Below are positions 12,438-25,800 of a stretch of 64,000 nt of DNA, one piece after another. Location: the NCBI GenBank assembly GCA_001724265.1, contig MEDY01000109.1, positions 1-64,000 on the forward strand, given 5' to 3'. Each line of letters opens with the position of its first letter. Position 1 is the first letter of the stretch. Below the pieces are notes generated by a model. It saw only the letters and a list, made by a program, of their open reading frames with translations, was not told the DNA's origin and searched no databases. The stretch comes from Rhizaria sp. SCN 62-66 (lineage: Eukaryota). The position numbers were made by a program, and so were the translations under genes.

Positions 12438-12858
12438 CAGGAGGGGAAGGGTTGGGCGAACGCTGGAGGGCTGGGGGGTTCGTCGGGGAAGTGCTGTGTG
12501 AAGGGAGGCGTGCTAGAGCAGGAAAGTGGTCAGAAAACAAGGAAGACATTGAGGTTAGAGAGTACAATTCAAAATAAATGGAAGAAACCAACCGTTATTC
12601 GTAGATATACAAACGGCAGTGCCACTGACGGACTTATTAATGTACACGAGTGTGTCGTGATTCAAACTCACCAACGGTTGGCAAGTGCAATCTCGGACGA
12701 TCTCTCGACCGGGTTTGCAGAGGTCCGTTTTTGACGAATGCAACAGACGTTCTCAAACCGTCAGCGCGTGTGATACTACGTTCTTCTAAAACATAGTACA
12801 CTAAAACACACTTTCGTGTTTTGCGCACATCAGTTCACTTCATCTACGCGTAACCCGG

Positions 12859-15800
12859 ATGTTTTCGCGTCTCCGCACTCGGCTCCTCGCCTCGCGGCCC
12901 ATCCCAGCGCTCCCGGCTTCCGCCCTGCCCCGCAGCCTCGCCCCCGCGCGCCTGCTTAGCTCGTCCACATGCGCCTCCGCCGGCACCTGCCCGAGCGCTG
13001 CCGCCGCCGCCGCCGCCCCTGCCGACTCCACGGCCCTGCCGCGCCCGCAGAGCCCTCGCCCCAGTAGCGGCCCTGAAGGCCCCACACACGGCCACAGTCA
13101 TGGCCACGGCCACGGCCACGGCCACGGGCCGAAGGGCCACCACGGCGGCCACCACCGCGGCCGCGCGCCGCTGCCAGTGAGCCCCCACGCGGCGCTTGAC
13201 ACGGCGGGGCGGCGCGACAAGGTGCACCTGTACGGGCTGACGCGCGAGGATGTGGAGCGTGAGCTGGCCGCCATCGGCATCAACCCCAGTCGCGCGAACG
13301 ACCTCTTCAAAGCCGGTACGCTTTGATTAACAACATATATATCACCATAGTCTTATCAAAACAAAGATTTATTTCACTGCTGCTCTACATTCAATCGTTA
13401 CATCTATCGGATCCGCATAATAGCTGATGGTCATCATTATCATCCGTTAAGCTAACCTTCACTGTTGTATTCTTATCGATTTGTGTTTCTGCGACGGCGC
13501 TGACAGTCTACGTGCACGGCTGCTCCGACCTCACGAAGCTTCCGAACTTCGCCTACCCGCTGCGCCGCGCGCTGAACGAGCGCTTCACACTGGGCTCGGC
13601 GACTGCGCTGCACACGGCGCGGTCGCGCGACGGCACGCGCAAGCTGCTAATCGGGCTGCCGAAGCAGCCTGGCAAAGGCACGTCGGTCGAGACGGTGTAC
13701 ATCCCCGCCGTCGGCACCGTGCCCTTCACCTCCGCGAACCGCAGCCATAGCAGCGACGTTGACAGCGACAGCGACCGCGACTACTCGCACAACGCGAGCA
13801 GCCCGAACATCGACACAGCGACTGAGGTTGCGGAGGCCGCGGATGCTGCTGAGGCCGCGGCTGCCGATGCGGCTGACCTGTCCCTGCTTAACCTGAGCAC
13901 GCCGCTGGACCTGGTGGACCGCGGCGCACTGTGCGTGTCGTCGCAGGTCGGGTGCTCGCTCCAGTGCGCCTTCTGCCACACAGGCACGATGCCTAAGGAC
14001 CTGCTGCGCAACCTCACGGCCGCCGAGATTGTCGCGCAGGTCGTGCTGGCCAAGCGCGAGGTGGGCGACTATGCCGCAGACCGGAGCGAGAAGAACAAAC
14101 TCAGCGAGTATCTGCTCCACCAACGCCGCCTCCGCGCCAGCGAGGCGGAGGGCGAGGTCGACGCCAACGCTTCTGCCGATGACGCCAGCGATGCTGCGGA
14201 CGCCGGTGCTTCTGCTGATGAGTGCGCGCACAATGAGGACGAGGCCGATGTCGTCCATATCACGATTGGCAGCAGCAGCAGCAGCACCGGCGACGGCTAC
14301 TGCGACGCCGACGGCGTGAGCGCCGACGCCAAGAGCGGCGGCTGCTCCGCCCCGAGCGGCTCGAAGGCGCCCGTGCTGCGACGCGCGCGCAGTGTGCCAG
14401 CGCCGTCCTCGGTCGCGGCGGCTGTGGCGTCGCAGAGCGTTTCGCACGTCGTTTTCATGGGCATGGGCGAGCCGGGATACAACCACCGCGCGGTGGCCAC
14501 GGCGATCAAGGTGCTGACCGATCCCAGCGGACTTGCGCTCGCGCGGCGCCGGGTGACTGTGAGCACGTCCGGCGTTGTGCCAGTCATAGACAAGCTGGGC
14601 ACGGAGCTGGGCGTGTCGTTGGCCATCTCGCTCCACTCGGTCCGCGATGAGATCCGCGACGTGCTCGTCCCGATCAACAAGCAGTGGCCGCTTAAGAGCC
14701 TGATCGAGGCGTGCCGGAGGTACCCGGCGGCGCGGCACAGCAGGCCCATCACGTTCGAGTACGTCATGCTCGACGGCGTCAACGACTCGGACGAGGATGC
14801 GAGGTACGAAACAACACGGATCGCTATGAAAAATGATATCTCGACGGATTCAATGAACTTTATTATGCTATGCGATCAACTTCAATTTCTCTCTTAAACT
14901 CACACAATGCTGTCGTATTATTGCCTTGATTGTTTGTTTGATATCAAACCAAACAAACGCGCAACAGGGAGCTCGTGCGCCTACTTAAGGGCATCCCGGC
15001 GCTGGTGAACCTCATTCCCTTCAACCCGTGGCCGGGCGCCGGCTTCAACTGCTCGCCCGACGCGCGCATCCTCGAGTTCCAGCGCATTGTCAGCACGGCC
15101 TCGGACGACGCCGCTGCTGACCTAGCCCGCGCGGAGGTGGCTGAGCGTGAGGCCGCCGCTGCCGCGCAGGTCGCCAAGGCCGCGGCAGAGGTCGCCATGG
15201 TTGCCGCGATCGCCGCGGCCGCTAGCATCGGCGCCGGCGCCCCCTTGGCGACCAACTACACGAGCGCGGACGCGGCGGCGGCGGCGGCACTGGCGGCGGC
15301 GGCGGCGCAGACGGCCAAGGAGGCCAAGTCAGCCCGTTTGGCGGCCACGGCGGCGGCGGCGGGGATCCGGTGCTCAATCCGCGTGCCGCGCGGGCGCGAC
15401 ATTCTCGCCGCGTGCGGGCAGCTCGCGGTGCTGAAAGAGGCCGAAAACGCCACCGCAGTCGCCGCGAATATCGGTGGGAGTTGGAAGACGAGCGCGAGAG
15501 CTGGTGTGGAGGCGGCGAGCGCAGCCAGCTTGACCGTGGACGATGTGGAGATTGACTGGGATGGGCACGGGCTCGGCGTGATCCGCCACAAGAGCGAACC
15601 AGTTGCTAACAGCAACATGAGTGCGAATGCCAACACGAGCAAGAGTGCCCATGCTCATGAGGTGTACGTTAATGCGAGTGCTCATAACCAGAGCCCTAGT
15701 GCTCGTGCGAATGCGAACAAGCCCCGCAACAGTAACAACAGCAACAACAACAACCACCAGCAGCAGCAGCAGCAGCACCGTTCGCAGTCGTCCCAGATCC

Positions 15801-16153
15801 AACGCTCACAGCCACACTCTCAGCCCCAGTCTCCTCAGACAGCGACCCCTGTGGCCCCGACCCCTACCCGCGCCACTGCGCCCCACAGCACCAGCAGCGG
15901 CAGCGACCGCGTTGGCCGCGGGGCGGACCGCGCGCACACACACACGACTTTGGCCAACGGACAGCGGCTGCCGACACGCCAGGTCGAGTCCGCGCATCAG
16001 TTTGCCTCGGCCGCCAAGGAGGCGCGCTCCGCCGCCGCCGCCGCCGCCGCCAGCGCTGCCGCCGCCGCTGCGACAAACGCGGCGGCCAGTGATGTCGCGA
16101 CTGCTGCTGGTGCGGATGTTGCGAGTGCAGCAGCCGCAGCAAGCGTCAAGTAA
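12859..16153 (+). CDS. rlmN: RlmN-family radical-SAM RNA methyltransferase, probably organelle-targeted; exons 12859-13315, 13507-14803, 14968-16153
   Basis: Motifs SRDGTRKLL, VETVYIP, LCVSSQVGCSLQCAFCHTG (CxxxCxxC), VVFMGMGEP, VTVSTSG, LAISLH, ITFEYVML, VNLIPFNP and RGRDILAACGQL. Arg/Ser/Leu-rich N-terminus. Two in-frame GTACG..AG introns. Ends TAA. Confidence 0.92.
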
Positions 16154-16602
16154 GCAAGGCCGGTATTTATTCCAACAAGTGATGTCATGACATTTTGTCA
16201 GCAGTTAAGTTACACTAGTTTTAATATTTATGATCACAAATACACCATCGTAGTGCACCTCCGCAAACTTGTACAAATGTACACTATAGTAATAAATATG
16301 CGTTTGGTCACACTGTGATAGATTTATATTTCGTATCGTATTGTATTCGCTTCTTTGTATACGCCATAGTTCAACGTCATGCAACAAATATAGCAACACA
16401 TCACACATCGTGAAAGACGCACAAAAAGTGCATCACCTCACGCACACATGAAAATCCACACATAGTCGTTCATAATTATCTTTAAACAGTATAATTTGCT
16501 CTCGTACTCCACTCACACTCACCTCCTTCTGACTATGACAGCCGGTCGCTGGTCACTTGACTGGCTAAACCGGCTCGTTACGGGTCGCGTCGGAATGCTT
16601 GC

Positions 16603-18134
16603 TTACTTCTGCTCCTTGGCGGCCTTCTCGGCGAGGTGAGAGGGGCGGAAGGAGCCGGTGCAGTCGCCGAAGCCGATCTTGTACCCGTCGCCCTGCGCGG
16701 CGCCGCGGATGGTGACGGTGTCGCCGTCCTGGATGAACTTGCGCGTCGTCTGCCCGTCGGCGAGCGTAAGCGTCTTGGCGCCGCGCCACGTGAGCTCGAG
16801 CAGCGAGCCGAACTCGTGCTCCTGCGTGCCGGAGATGGTGCCGGAGCCCAGCAGGTCGCCGGGGGACATGTTGCAGCCGGAGACGGTGTGGTGAGCCAGC
16901 ATCTGCGACATCGTCCAGTAGAGGTGCTTGGCGTTCGAGTGAGTGATCACAGTCTCCTAAAAAGGCAAAGTCAAACAATACATTGTACAAAATGAGACAT
17001 TTATCAAACTAAGATATTGTTATGAAAGATTGATTTTTTTTTGGTTGAAATTGAGTAGAAATACACTAAACACATATTATTCGATGATGCCAATTGAATA
17101 GCAAGAGATCTATGGAGTCAAACAATTATTTTAGACTCTAAAAGAGAAGCATGACGTACCTCGGTCATGGAGGCGGGCTTGATGGAGACCTTGAGGTCGA
17201 TATCGAGCGCACGCTTGCCAGTCTCGGCCAGGTAGTCCAGCGGAGCGGGGTCCTGGGGCTGATTCTGGATGCGGAAGGGCTCGAGCGCGGCCATAGTGAC
17301 GACCCAGGGGGAGATGGTGGTGCCGAAGTTCTTGGCGCCGAAGGGGCCGAGGGGCACGTACTCCCACTTCTGGATGTCGCGCGCGGACCAGTCGTTGAGC
17401 AGCACGACGCCGAAGATCTTGTCGTCGGCCTCCTCGGCCGTGACGGGCTCGCCGAGGTCGTTGCCGGTGCCGACGAAGAAGCCCAGCTCGAGCTCGTAGT
17501 CGAGCACCTTGGACTCGCCGTGCACGGCGGGGGGCGCGTTGTCGGCGCCGGTGAGCTGGCCACACGGGCGGCGCAGAGAGGTGCCCGAGACGACAACGGA
17601 GGAGGCGCGGCCGTGGTAGCCGACGGGGAGCCAGGTCCAGTTGGGCTGGAGCGCGTTGTCCTTGCCGCGGAACATGACGCCAACGTTGTACGCGTGGTTC
17701 TTGGAGGCGTAGAAGTCGGTGTAGTCGCCGATCTTGCTGGGCAGGTGCATCGTGGCAGAGGATTGCGGGATAAGCGCGCGCGCCTGGAGCGCGGCGTCAG
17801 ACTGCAGCAGCGAGTTGGTGCCCTCGAGAGAGAGGAGGTCGGTGATGAAAGCGCGCGCCTCAGCCCAGGCAAGCTTGCCAAGGCCCATGAAGGCGTTCAG
17901 AGCGGGCTCCTGGAAGACAGCGCCCCCCTTGAGGAACTCGGTGTCCTTAAAGGCGCCGATCTCAGCGAGCACGAAGAGGTCGAGGATGAGGGCGCCGATG
18001 GCGACGCCGATGTGGGGCACGCCGGCCGTGGAGGCGGCGGAGAAGACACCGTAGGGAAGGTTCTGGATGGGGAAATCCGTATCAGCGTCGTAAGACACCC
18101 AGGACTTAAGCAGGGCAACGGAAGCAGAAGCCAT
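16603..18134 (-). CDS. FAH: Fumarylacetoacetase; exons 18134-17160 and 16956-16603
   Basis: Motifs DFPIQNLPYGVFS, GDYTDFYAS, PVGYHGRASS, LDYELE, NDWSARDIQKWEYVPLGPF, HHTVSGCN, GDLLGSGTISG and GSLLELTW. GTACGT...TAG intron. Ends TAA. Confidence 0.97.
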
Positions 18135-18776
18135 GTTGACGATACAAAGCGATCCTAGCGAATACACTCAACAAAAACTGGCTTGACGATCGAGATCCAT
18201 AAGATATTTCCCCGCCCAGCCACACCCTCCCAGACCCTGCCTGCCTGCCAGCCGGTCGGTCCAGCGGTCAAGTCCAACTCGGTCAGACTGGTTGCTCGAC
18301 TGCGCGGCTTGACTTCGGGGACTGGGAACCGAGTGAGCGGGCACAAAAGCGCGTCGTACACACGGCCGTCTCCGTCGGTACAATTCTCGCTTTCCATATT
18401 GTCGTATTTTTGTCGCTTCTCTTTTGCTGCGTTATTCGTTAGTTCACCGTAGACGCGGAATATCGACTTTGATGGGGACTTCCGTGTCCCTGCGGGCTTG
18501 TGTCCGATGTGGGTCTTATCCGTCCGTTTGGACTGATTTACAGCAAGAGATGATCATTATATCTTACAACATTACCTTTTTAGACTAGCTACTGCCGTAA
18601 TATTTATACTGTTGCATGCCTAGCGCTAAGGGTGCTAGTCTTACCCGTTTGGTACTCATTCCCCGCCCTCACCTTGTCAACCTCATCTCACTCTTTCATT
18701 CTTTCCGTGCTCTCATCCTCACTTGCCTTCGTCCACTGCTCGCTCCCTGCGCCGCCTTCTCAGTCAAGCCCTGCCC

Positions 18777-19577
18777 ATGGAGTTCACCCAGTTCGGCCGC
18801 TCGACGGTGACTGTGCTGAGCGTGATCGGCATCTACGCCGCCGGCTCGATCCTGTACAAGTACGCCTTCGCGCCCCGCGCAGAGTCCAAGGCCATCACGC
18901 CCGCCGCGCTGGTCAAGATCCTCACCGAGATCGTCCAGGGCTGGCAGGCCGCGCTGGCCGAGTCTGAGGCGTCGCGCAAGCAGGTGCTTGAGTCGCTGAA
19001 GCCCGAGGAGCGCGAGATGTGGCCCCACATCAAGAACCAGATCATGATGGCGCTCGCCGACAAGCTCGTCAAGACCGAGACCGCGATTTGCGGCTCTGCC
19101 GGCATCACCAAGGAGGACCTCCGCGCCGCGTGCAAGCGCTTTGAGACGGACCCGCGCGTGTCGTTCCTGCTCAAGATGCTCGCGTCGCACCAGATCGCGC
19201 GGCCCGACGCCGTCGACGCCGCCTCGGTACCGCTCACGCTCGAGCAGACGCTCGCCGTCATGTCGCACGTGCTTGAGCTCTCGGTCTCGGTCATGGAGGA
19301 CGCGTACAAGGACCTGGTCACGGCCGAGTTCCCCGACTCGGTCGGCTCGGACAAGCGCCCCGAGCTGACCCAGGCGCTCGTCACCAAGCTCAACACGGCC
19401 TACCAGCAGCGCTTCACGGACCTGCGCCGCGCCTACTATGACGAGCTCAACCTCAACGACATGGTCGTGTCGCGCTGCACCATGGCGTACCAGCAGGACC
19501 AGGAGTTCAAGAAGATGCTTGCCGCTCACTCCAAGGGCAAGCAGCGCCGCTTCGCCGCCATGGGCCTCAGCTCATAA
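18777..19577 (+). CDS. Uncharacterised ~266-aa helical protein with an N-terminal hydrophobic anchor
   Basis: Strong codon bias. Hydrophobic stretch TVTVLSVIGIYAAGSILYKY near the N-terminus. No family recognised. Ends TAA. Confidence 0.75.
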   Translation: MEFTQFGRSTVTVLSVIGIYAAGSILYKYAFAPRAESKAITPAALVKILTEIVQGWQAALAESEASRKQVLESLKPEEREMWPHIKNQIMMALADKLVKTETAICGSAGITKEDLRAACKRFETDPRVSFLLKMLASHQIARPDAVDAASVPLTLEQTLAVMSHVLELSVSVMEDAYKDLVTAEFPDSVGSDKRPELTQALVTKLNTAYQQRFTDLRRAYYDELNLNDMVVSRCTMAYQQDQEFKKMLAAHSKGKQRRFAAMGLSS

Positions 19578-21046
19578 GCACGACAACGCCTCTTACATAC
19601 GCGCAACCAGCGCCTCATCAGCGCAACTCATAATACGCGCAACCAACGCATCATAGGCGCGCGACAGCACATAACAGCGAGTTAACTAACTAACTATCGA
19701 ACTGCACAGTGTCACAGCTGTGCAGTGCCGCTAGACTTGCTGTCAAAGTGTCCACCTGTGTGATGCAATGTCGCTTCAGTAACAGGCTGAATTGTTGCGC
19801 TGCCACTGCTTTGGTTACTCACAATCCATACTATCATTCATTATTGAGTGAATAATTAGGTTGATTTTGTTTTTATTTGTTTCAATGCGATTTTTAAATA
19901 GTAATTTTATGATCTATTAGTTGTCGAGTCTTGGTCCTTCAATGTGTTGGTGTTTCACACTTTTCTGGTGCTGAACATTCACGCACGCAATTTGTCGCGT
20001 TGCGGAGCGTCGCAGTCTGGATTTCACAGCGATTTTTCAACTGGTCTCTCACTCTCCATAACTAGAGTGGACGGCCAGTTGTGCATGCGTGGAGGTCCAA
20101 CAGTCTGTATGACACGCTCTTGAAAAGGAGTACCACTTGTAAGAATACGAGAAGTACCTTTCCAATCCCGGCTATGAGCTAGTATTGTTCGATGTTGTTT
20201 TTAGTTATTATATAGCGAGGCACACACGTTATATTCACAAATAAACATATTTTATTCACATGTTTTATTTATGCAGAATACGTATTATAGTTTAGCTTTA
20301 AGTCCTCAGTTTCAGGTACGACGTATTGCTCTTGTTGGGAGTGATGCCTTACGACGGTGCGCCTACTGTGCGCAAGTCCTTACAATGATAGTCACGTTGC
20401 TTCATCTGAGCGTTCAACATCAATCATTATGTATAAAAGTGTAGTCTAGCAAGCATATAGGGCTACTGCGCTGCAACAAACTTTTTCTGTAGTTTGCAGA
20501 CAGCTTCAAAAGTGGGACGTTGTTTTTCGTAAGGCCCTCACGGAAATACGCTTTAAGCTGACAAGTATGATATCATAGTTCATCGTCATAATGACGTTGC
20601 AGCATGCATGCTTTGGCTAGTTACGTTCAACAACTCAAACACACACCAATGTGTTCTGGCCAAGAGTTGATTTCCATTGTTTGACATCTTTCAACACATA
20701 GTAGAGTTCACGTTGTCTCGTCAGCCAGTCCCACACAGCAGAGGCGCAGAGAGAAAGCTCGACTTTAAATAGGGTGTACGATATGCGTGCTATCGAGGGC
20801 GACGCACACACACCGATTAAATACGACAAGAAAGAATAGTGTACACACACAAAATGAGATAAATACGCTTCCTGAAATAGAAACAAACATAATCTAAAAT
20901 AACAATCGCTTCGTATTGACGGCCGATGCACCAATGACACGCAAATACTGCTGGATCACAGCTGTGCTTCGTCTTAGCACATTTTGTGTTGCGCAGTGTG
21001 TGCAGCGCGTGCAGTATGCGTCGACACGCTGCAGTGCAGTCTGCTC

Positions 21047-21084
21047 GCTTCACCGCTTCACCGCTTCACCACTTCACTGCTTCA
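21047..21084. repeat. 8-bp tandem repeat (GCTTCACC) x ~4.7
   Basis: GCTTCACC x3, then ACTTCACT and GCTTCA, just downstream of the carrier gene stop. Confidence 0.85.
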
Positions 21085-21107
21085 GTGCAGTTTCATGACT
21101 TGGCTAT

Positions 21108-22214
21108 TCAGTGCTTGGACGCGGCGGCTGCGGCAGCGGCGTTCTTCCTGCTGTCGGCAAAGTACTTCTTGATGAGTTCAAAGCTGGTGAACTGGAGCGC
21201 GGCCGACGGCGCGGCGCGCGCGAGGTTGGCCGAGAGCCCGCGGTAGAAGATGCGGAGCCCTTGCTCGCGGTACAGTGAGCGGTAGCAGTCCAGCCCGCTC
21301 GAGTACACGCGCGATGACGCGCCGCTGTTAGCATTCGCAGTCGCAGTCTCCGCCGCAGCGCCAGCAGCAGCAGGAGTCGTCGAGGCAGAGGCAGCGGCGG
21401 CGGCGGCGGCCTTAGCGATGGCCTTGGTGGCCTTGTGCTGAACCTGCATGCGGCGGCGCACCGTGTCGTTCGGGTACAGCGCGGTCGCAGCACAGAGCCC
21501 TGAGGCGGCGCCGCACGCAACGTTCATGTAGATGGGCGAGTCCTCGGTGACGTATCGCGCCTTGAGCACGTCGTAGACGCCGAAGCGGATGCCCTCGTAG
21601 GGGAAGGCGCCCGCGAGCGAAGTGCCCATGCCGCGGTACAGCGCGCGGAAGCCTTCCTCGCGCAGTGTCAGCGCGAACGTCTGCAGGATGCCGTGGTAGC
21701 GGCCGTGTGCGCCGACGGTGCCGGTGAGGCGGCCTCGGATGAGGTCGAGCGGGTAGGTCGTCACCACCGTCACTGCGCCAGACAGCGACCCTGCGCAGAC
21801 ATACTGCAAGCCGGTCAGCGGGGGCGCCTTGCGCGGATCGTCGTGGTGCGCGTGGTGCGTCAGGCTGCGGTACCGAAATATGTCTTTGAAGAAGTCTGAG
21901 CACATGAAGAGCACGCCGCGGTTGGGGACGATGCGGATGACGCTGGCGAGGTTACCCTTCCAGTAGCCGCGCACGCCCTCGTTTGCGAGCACGGTGCGCG
22001 TGGCCGCCATGGGCGACGGCGCAACGCCCGTCTGGCAGAGGATCTTGACGCGCTCGAAGGGCGCGGTGCAGGTCTTGGCGAAGGCGCCCGCCATGCCGCC
22101 CGCGAGCATGCCTTCGCCGCGGCGGCGCAGGTGCGCGTTGGCGCTGGGCTCGTCCTTGGGCGGGAGGGCGGCCGTGCGGGCAACCGCGGCCGCGGACTCG
22201 GTGTCGGCGCTCAT
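21108..22214 (-). CDS. Mitochondrial carrier family protein (SLC25; CoA/adenine-nucleotide carrier-like)
   Basis: Three carrier signature repeats (PFERVKIL, PLDLIRGR, PNDTVRRR), plus GYWKGN, LYRG and FYRG. Ends TGA. Confidence 0.92.
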   Translation of the reverse strand: MSADTESAAAVARTAALPPKDEPSANAHLRRRGEGMLAGGMAGAFAKTCTAPFERVKILCQTGVAPSPMAATRTVLANEGVRGYWKGNLASVIRIVPNRGVLFMCSDFFKDIFRYRSLTHHAHHDDPRKAPPLTGLQYVCAGSLSGAVTVVTTYPLDLIRGRLTGTVGAHGRYHGILQTFALTLREEGFRALYRGMGTSLAGAFPYEGIRFGVYDVLKARYVTEDSPIYMNVACGAASGLCAATALYPNDTVRRRMQVQHKATKAIAKAAAAAAASASTTPAAAGAAAETATANANSGASSRVYSSGLDCYRSLYREQGLRIFYRGLSANLARAAPSAALQFTSFELIKKYFADSRKNAAAAAAASKH

Positions 22215-22852
22215 CGCGGCGGGGGGTGAATGGGCTGCGGCTGCCGCAGGTAAAGGGGAGCGAGGGGGCGGGGAGTCGGGAGTCGGGGGCGGACTTAGGG
22301 GGCCAGCAGAGAGGAAGAGAGGAAAAGCTGCGGGACAGGGCGGAGATAAGATGGAAATGATGAAAGAAATTGTGGACATCATGGATAGTGTGTGGGTCAC
22401 AATATACTTGTGCATAGTTTCGTTTGGCAGAATTATAACGGTGCTGGAGGGGGCCGCGGTGACTGGCAGAAGTGGGAAGAGAACATGCATGGAGGTCGGG
22501 TTTTAGGAGGGCGCACTGGGGCTCCCACAGACGAGTACACTCAATCCGAATTTCCAAAAATAGTCAAATACAAGAGTCACTACAACCCAGATACTTTTCG
22601 TCCGGAGAAGACGAACGCATTGCACAAGGAACTGTGCAATGCGAGAAGCCTTCAAGCAACCTTCCGCGTCATGACTCCTCGGATGCTAAATGAGGTCTAT
22701 TTTCATCTCTGCAGCATGCTTTCCCTGGACGTCAGCACGACTGTGTATAAGGATATCACGCTAGCGCAAACAGTTCTCTACATTATATTGTTGACATTAC
22801 TCTTGGAAGGTTTGTTACCCCTTTGATATCGCTCCATACAGGCGCCAGTCTG

Positions 22853-25800
22853 ATGGACAACGGCTCGTAGCAGCCGACCCAGGGCTCTAACGCGTCTGCC
22901 GCGGACGCCTCTTCATCCGACTCGTCCCAACTCCTCCGCGACGCCCTTGCGCACGCATTGTTGTCCTTTCCCCGCGCCGCCCCGGCACCGCATCAGCCCC
23001 GCTGGCCTTCGGCCCTCGGTCCGTCCCCTCTGGAGACGACTCGGAGCAATATCAGCGGCGGCTACGACGGCAGCGACCACACTGCACACACTACCGCAAC
23101 GAGCTCAAGCTCCAGCGCCGACGCCCGCGGCGGTGCACACAATTACAGTAGCAACCACATTAGTCGCGGCCGCTTTGGCGCTGGCGTCGTCACCGTCGTC
23201 GCCGCCTCCTCTGCTTCTGGCCTTCACAACCATGACGACACTGACAGCGGCGGCAACGCGGCGAGTGCCAGCTCTGCGTCGCGCGAGCCCGCGCTGTGGG
23301 CCGAGGCGAGCAGCGGCACCGTGCGCCCCGTTTCTAGCTACTTGCCGTCTTTGCCGGTCACCGCCGCCGGCCGCGCCACACTGCGCACGCTGCTCTCCCT
23401 CGCTCTCGCGCACGCCGCCGCCCCAAACGACACCACAGCAGCACACACAGTCAGTCGCGCGAGCCCACAGTCTCAGTCGCAGTCTCAGTCGCTGTCGCCG
23501 TTCACCGTCCCCCTGTCGCGGCCCGCGGACCCGGCCGCGTCGGTGACCGTGGGCGCGCTCTGGCCGCTCGACGCGCGGCCCGCGCTTACGGCCGCCGCCG
23601 TCCGACCGGCGATTGTGTCGGCGCACAGGGGCTACATCGCCGCGCTCGCGGTCACGGGGGCGGAACTCACGGTCTTGAGTGCGCACGATAAGTCTCTTAT
23701 CACCACTAGCAGCGCTGACAACAAGTGCAGTGGCAGAGCCGCAGAGCCGGAGTGCGGCGATATCCAGACAGACGCTGAGAGTCACGCTGCAAACACAGAT
23801 GATGCTTCTGAGACTGCTGCTGCTGCTGCTGCTGCTGCTGATGATGCCGTGACTGTCGTCGTGACGATTGCTGCCGCGCCCATCGCCGCCTCATCAGACG
23901 CTACGGGCGCGAGCGCCAGCGCTGCCACCCCGGCGTTTGCCCCTGTCATCGCCCGCGTCGTCCACCGCTCTGCCGTTGACTCTGTCGTTGACTCTGCCGG
24001 TGACACCAACGACAGCGACGGTCCATACTCGGTGGGCGGGGGTTGCGCGCATCAGTCTCTCTCCGAGCTCCGCCAACTCCAAGTCTCCTTCGCCGCCGCT
24101 TTGGCGACCGCTCTCGCCGCCACGACTGCCCACGGTCACTCGGTGGTGCTCACGGTCACTCTCGCTGCGCCGATGCACCTCACGCTGCCGCAGGACTGCG
24201 CACAGTCGCTTGGCGACGGCGACCACTGCTCGCAGTCGCTGCCGGGGTTTGTGGCCGTTGCGGCCGCGACTGCTGCCGCCGCGCTAGCCGCTGCTGCGGC
24301 GACTGCAGTGTCAGCTCTGCGTCACACCAGTGACCGTGAGCAGGCGAGTGACGACGACGGTGCGAAGCTCCGCGCCCGTCTGCTCCTTACGGCTGCGTCT
24401 GCAGTTACAATCACATCAGCCGTCACTGCGGCTGCAAACACGGCACATGCGCAGACCGGGGGATTGCTGGGTCCCTGGCTTGACACGGTTGAGGTTGAGC
24501 GAGATGATACGCCGCGTGGATTCAATGTTAGGCCGCCACGCACCGGTGTTTCGACGCAGTCCCCGCGCTACTCGAGCGTGCTTACGGTCGTCTCGGAGAG
24601 TGTGGGCTCGACTGTGAGTGGAAGCGCGAGTCGGCAGAGGCTTGGTGACGGCGTGTGGCGCCTGCAGGAGCTGCTGCGCCCTCTGCTCGGTCTGCCTGCA
24701 CCCGCAGTCACCGCTGCCGCAGTTGCTGCTGGGGGTGCGACCGCTGCACTGCGCTCTGCGGTGACTCAAAAGGATGACGACGGTAACAACCTTGCTGCTG
24801 ACAACGACGATGACGGTGACAACGCCTACGATGTCGACATCGATGACGACGAGGCTGCGCACGACAACGTGTTGTTTGCTGCGACTGCAGGCGCTGGCGC
24901 TGCCTCGGCGGTTGCTGTTGCCGATCTAGCCGCAGTCGCGCGCGCGTCGCGCCAGTTCCTGCCCAGCTTCCTCGCTGCCGCCGCAGTCACTCTCCAACAG
25001 CAGCAACATCAGCGCACCGGGAGCGGCTGTGGGCTGACCGCACCTCTGCTGGTGCCGTGCGCTGCGTACCCGTCCCTCGCGCTCTCTCTGATGCCCACGG
25101 TCGGTCCCAGTCTCGTATTCGCTGGGCTCACGGGCGGTGAGTTAACCTCTGCGTCGCCGCCCATGCCCACGGTCACGACTGCGCTGGACGCTGCGAGCGC
25201 GCTTGTAACACGCCTCTCTGTTGCCGTCACCGCGAAGGCTCTCGCGCAGCACCCACTGCCCGACGACGAACAACACAAACATAGCCAAGCCGGCCGCCTC
25301 ACGCTGCAGCAACAGCAGCAGCTGCTGCTCGGCGGCGTCAGGATGAGTGCCAGCGGAGCCTGTCTGAAGCTGACGTGCCTACCCGCAACCCTGGCAGCTT
25401 TCCTTGTCTCACTCCAACAGCTCGACCCTCCGCCCGCTCACGGTAACTGTGCGACAGCGGTTTACGTCCCGGTCTCCGCACCCTTGTGGCCATTGCTCGA
25501 CTCTCCTCTGGCTCTCGCCGTGGCCACCTCAGTGCACGCGCCGCCGCTGGCCGCCGCTGTGCCCGCGTCCGCGCTCGCACTGAGCTCGCGGCACGGTCTA
25601 AGCACCCCCTTAGATGACGCCGTGCTGGTGGACGTGCCGCTGTCGCCGGCCGCCGTGCTGGCTTCGCTGCGGCGGCTGGCGCTGCTAGTGGCGCCTCCGC
25701 TCGCGCCGGGCAGGATCGGCGTCGCGGTGGCCGACGGGCTCACTGTCTGCACTGACGCCGACGGTGCGGCCAACTGCAACAAGAAGAGGGACGGTGCTGC

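Noticed and set aside
20934-20946. ATGACACGCAAAT, resembling part of U6 snRNA
   Set aside because: No upstream ACAGAGA box or AGC triad and no matching 3' end. Treated as a chance match.
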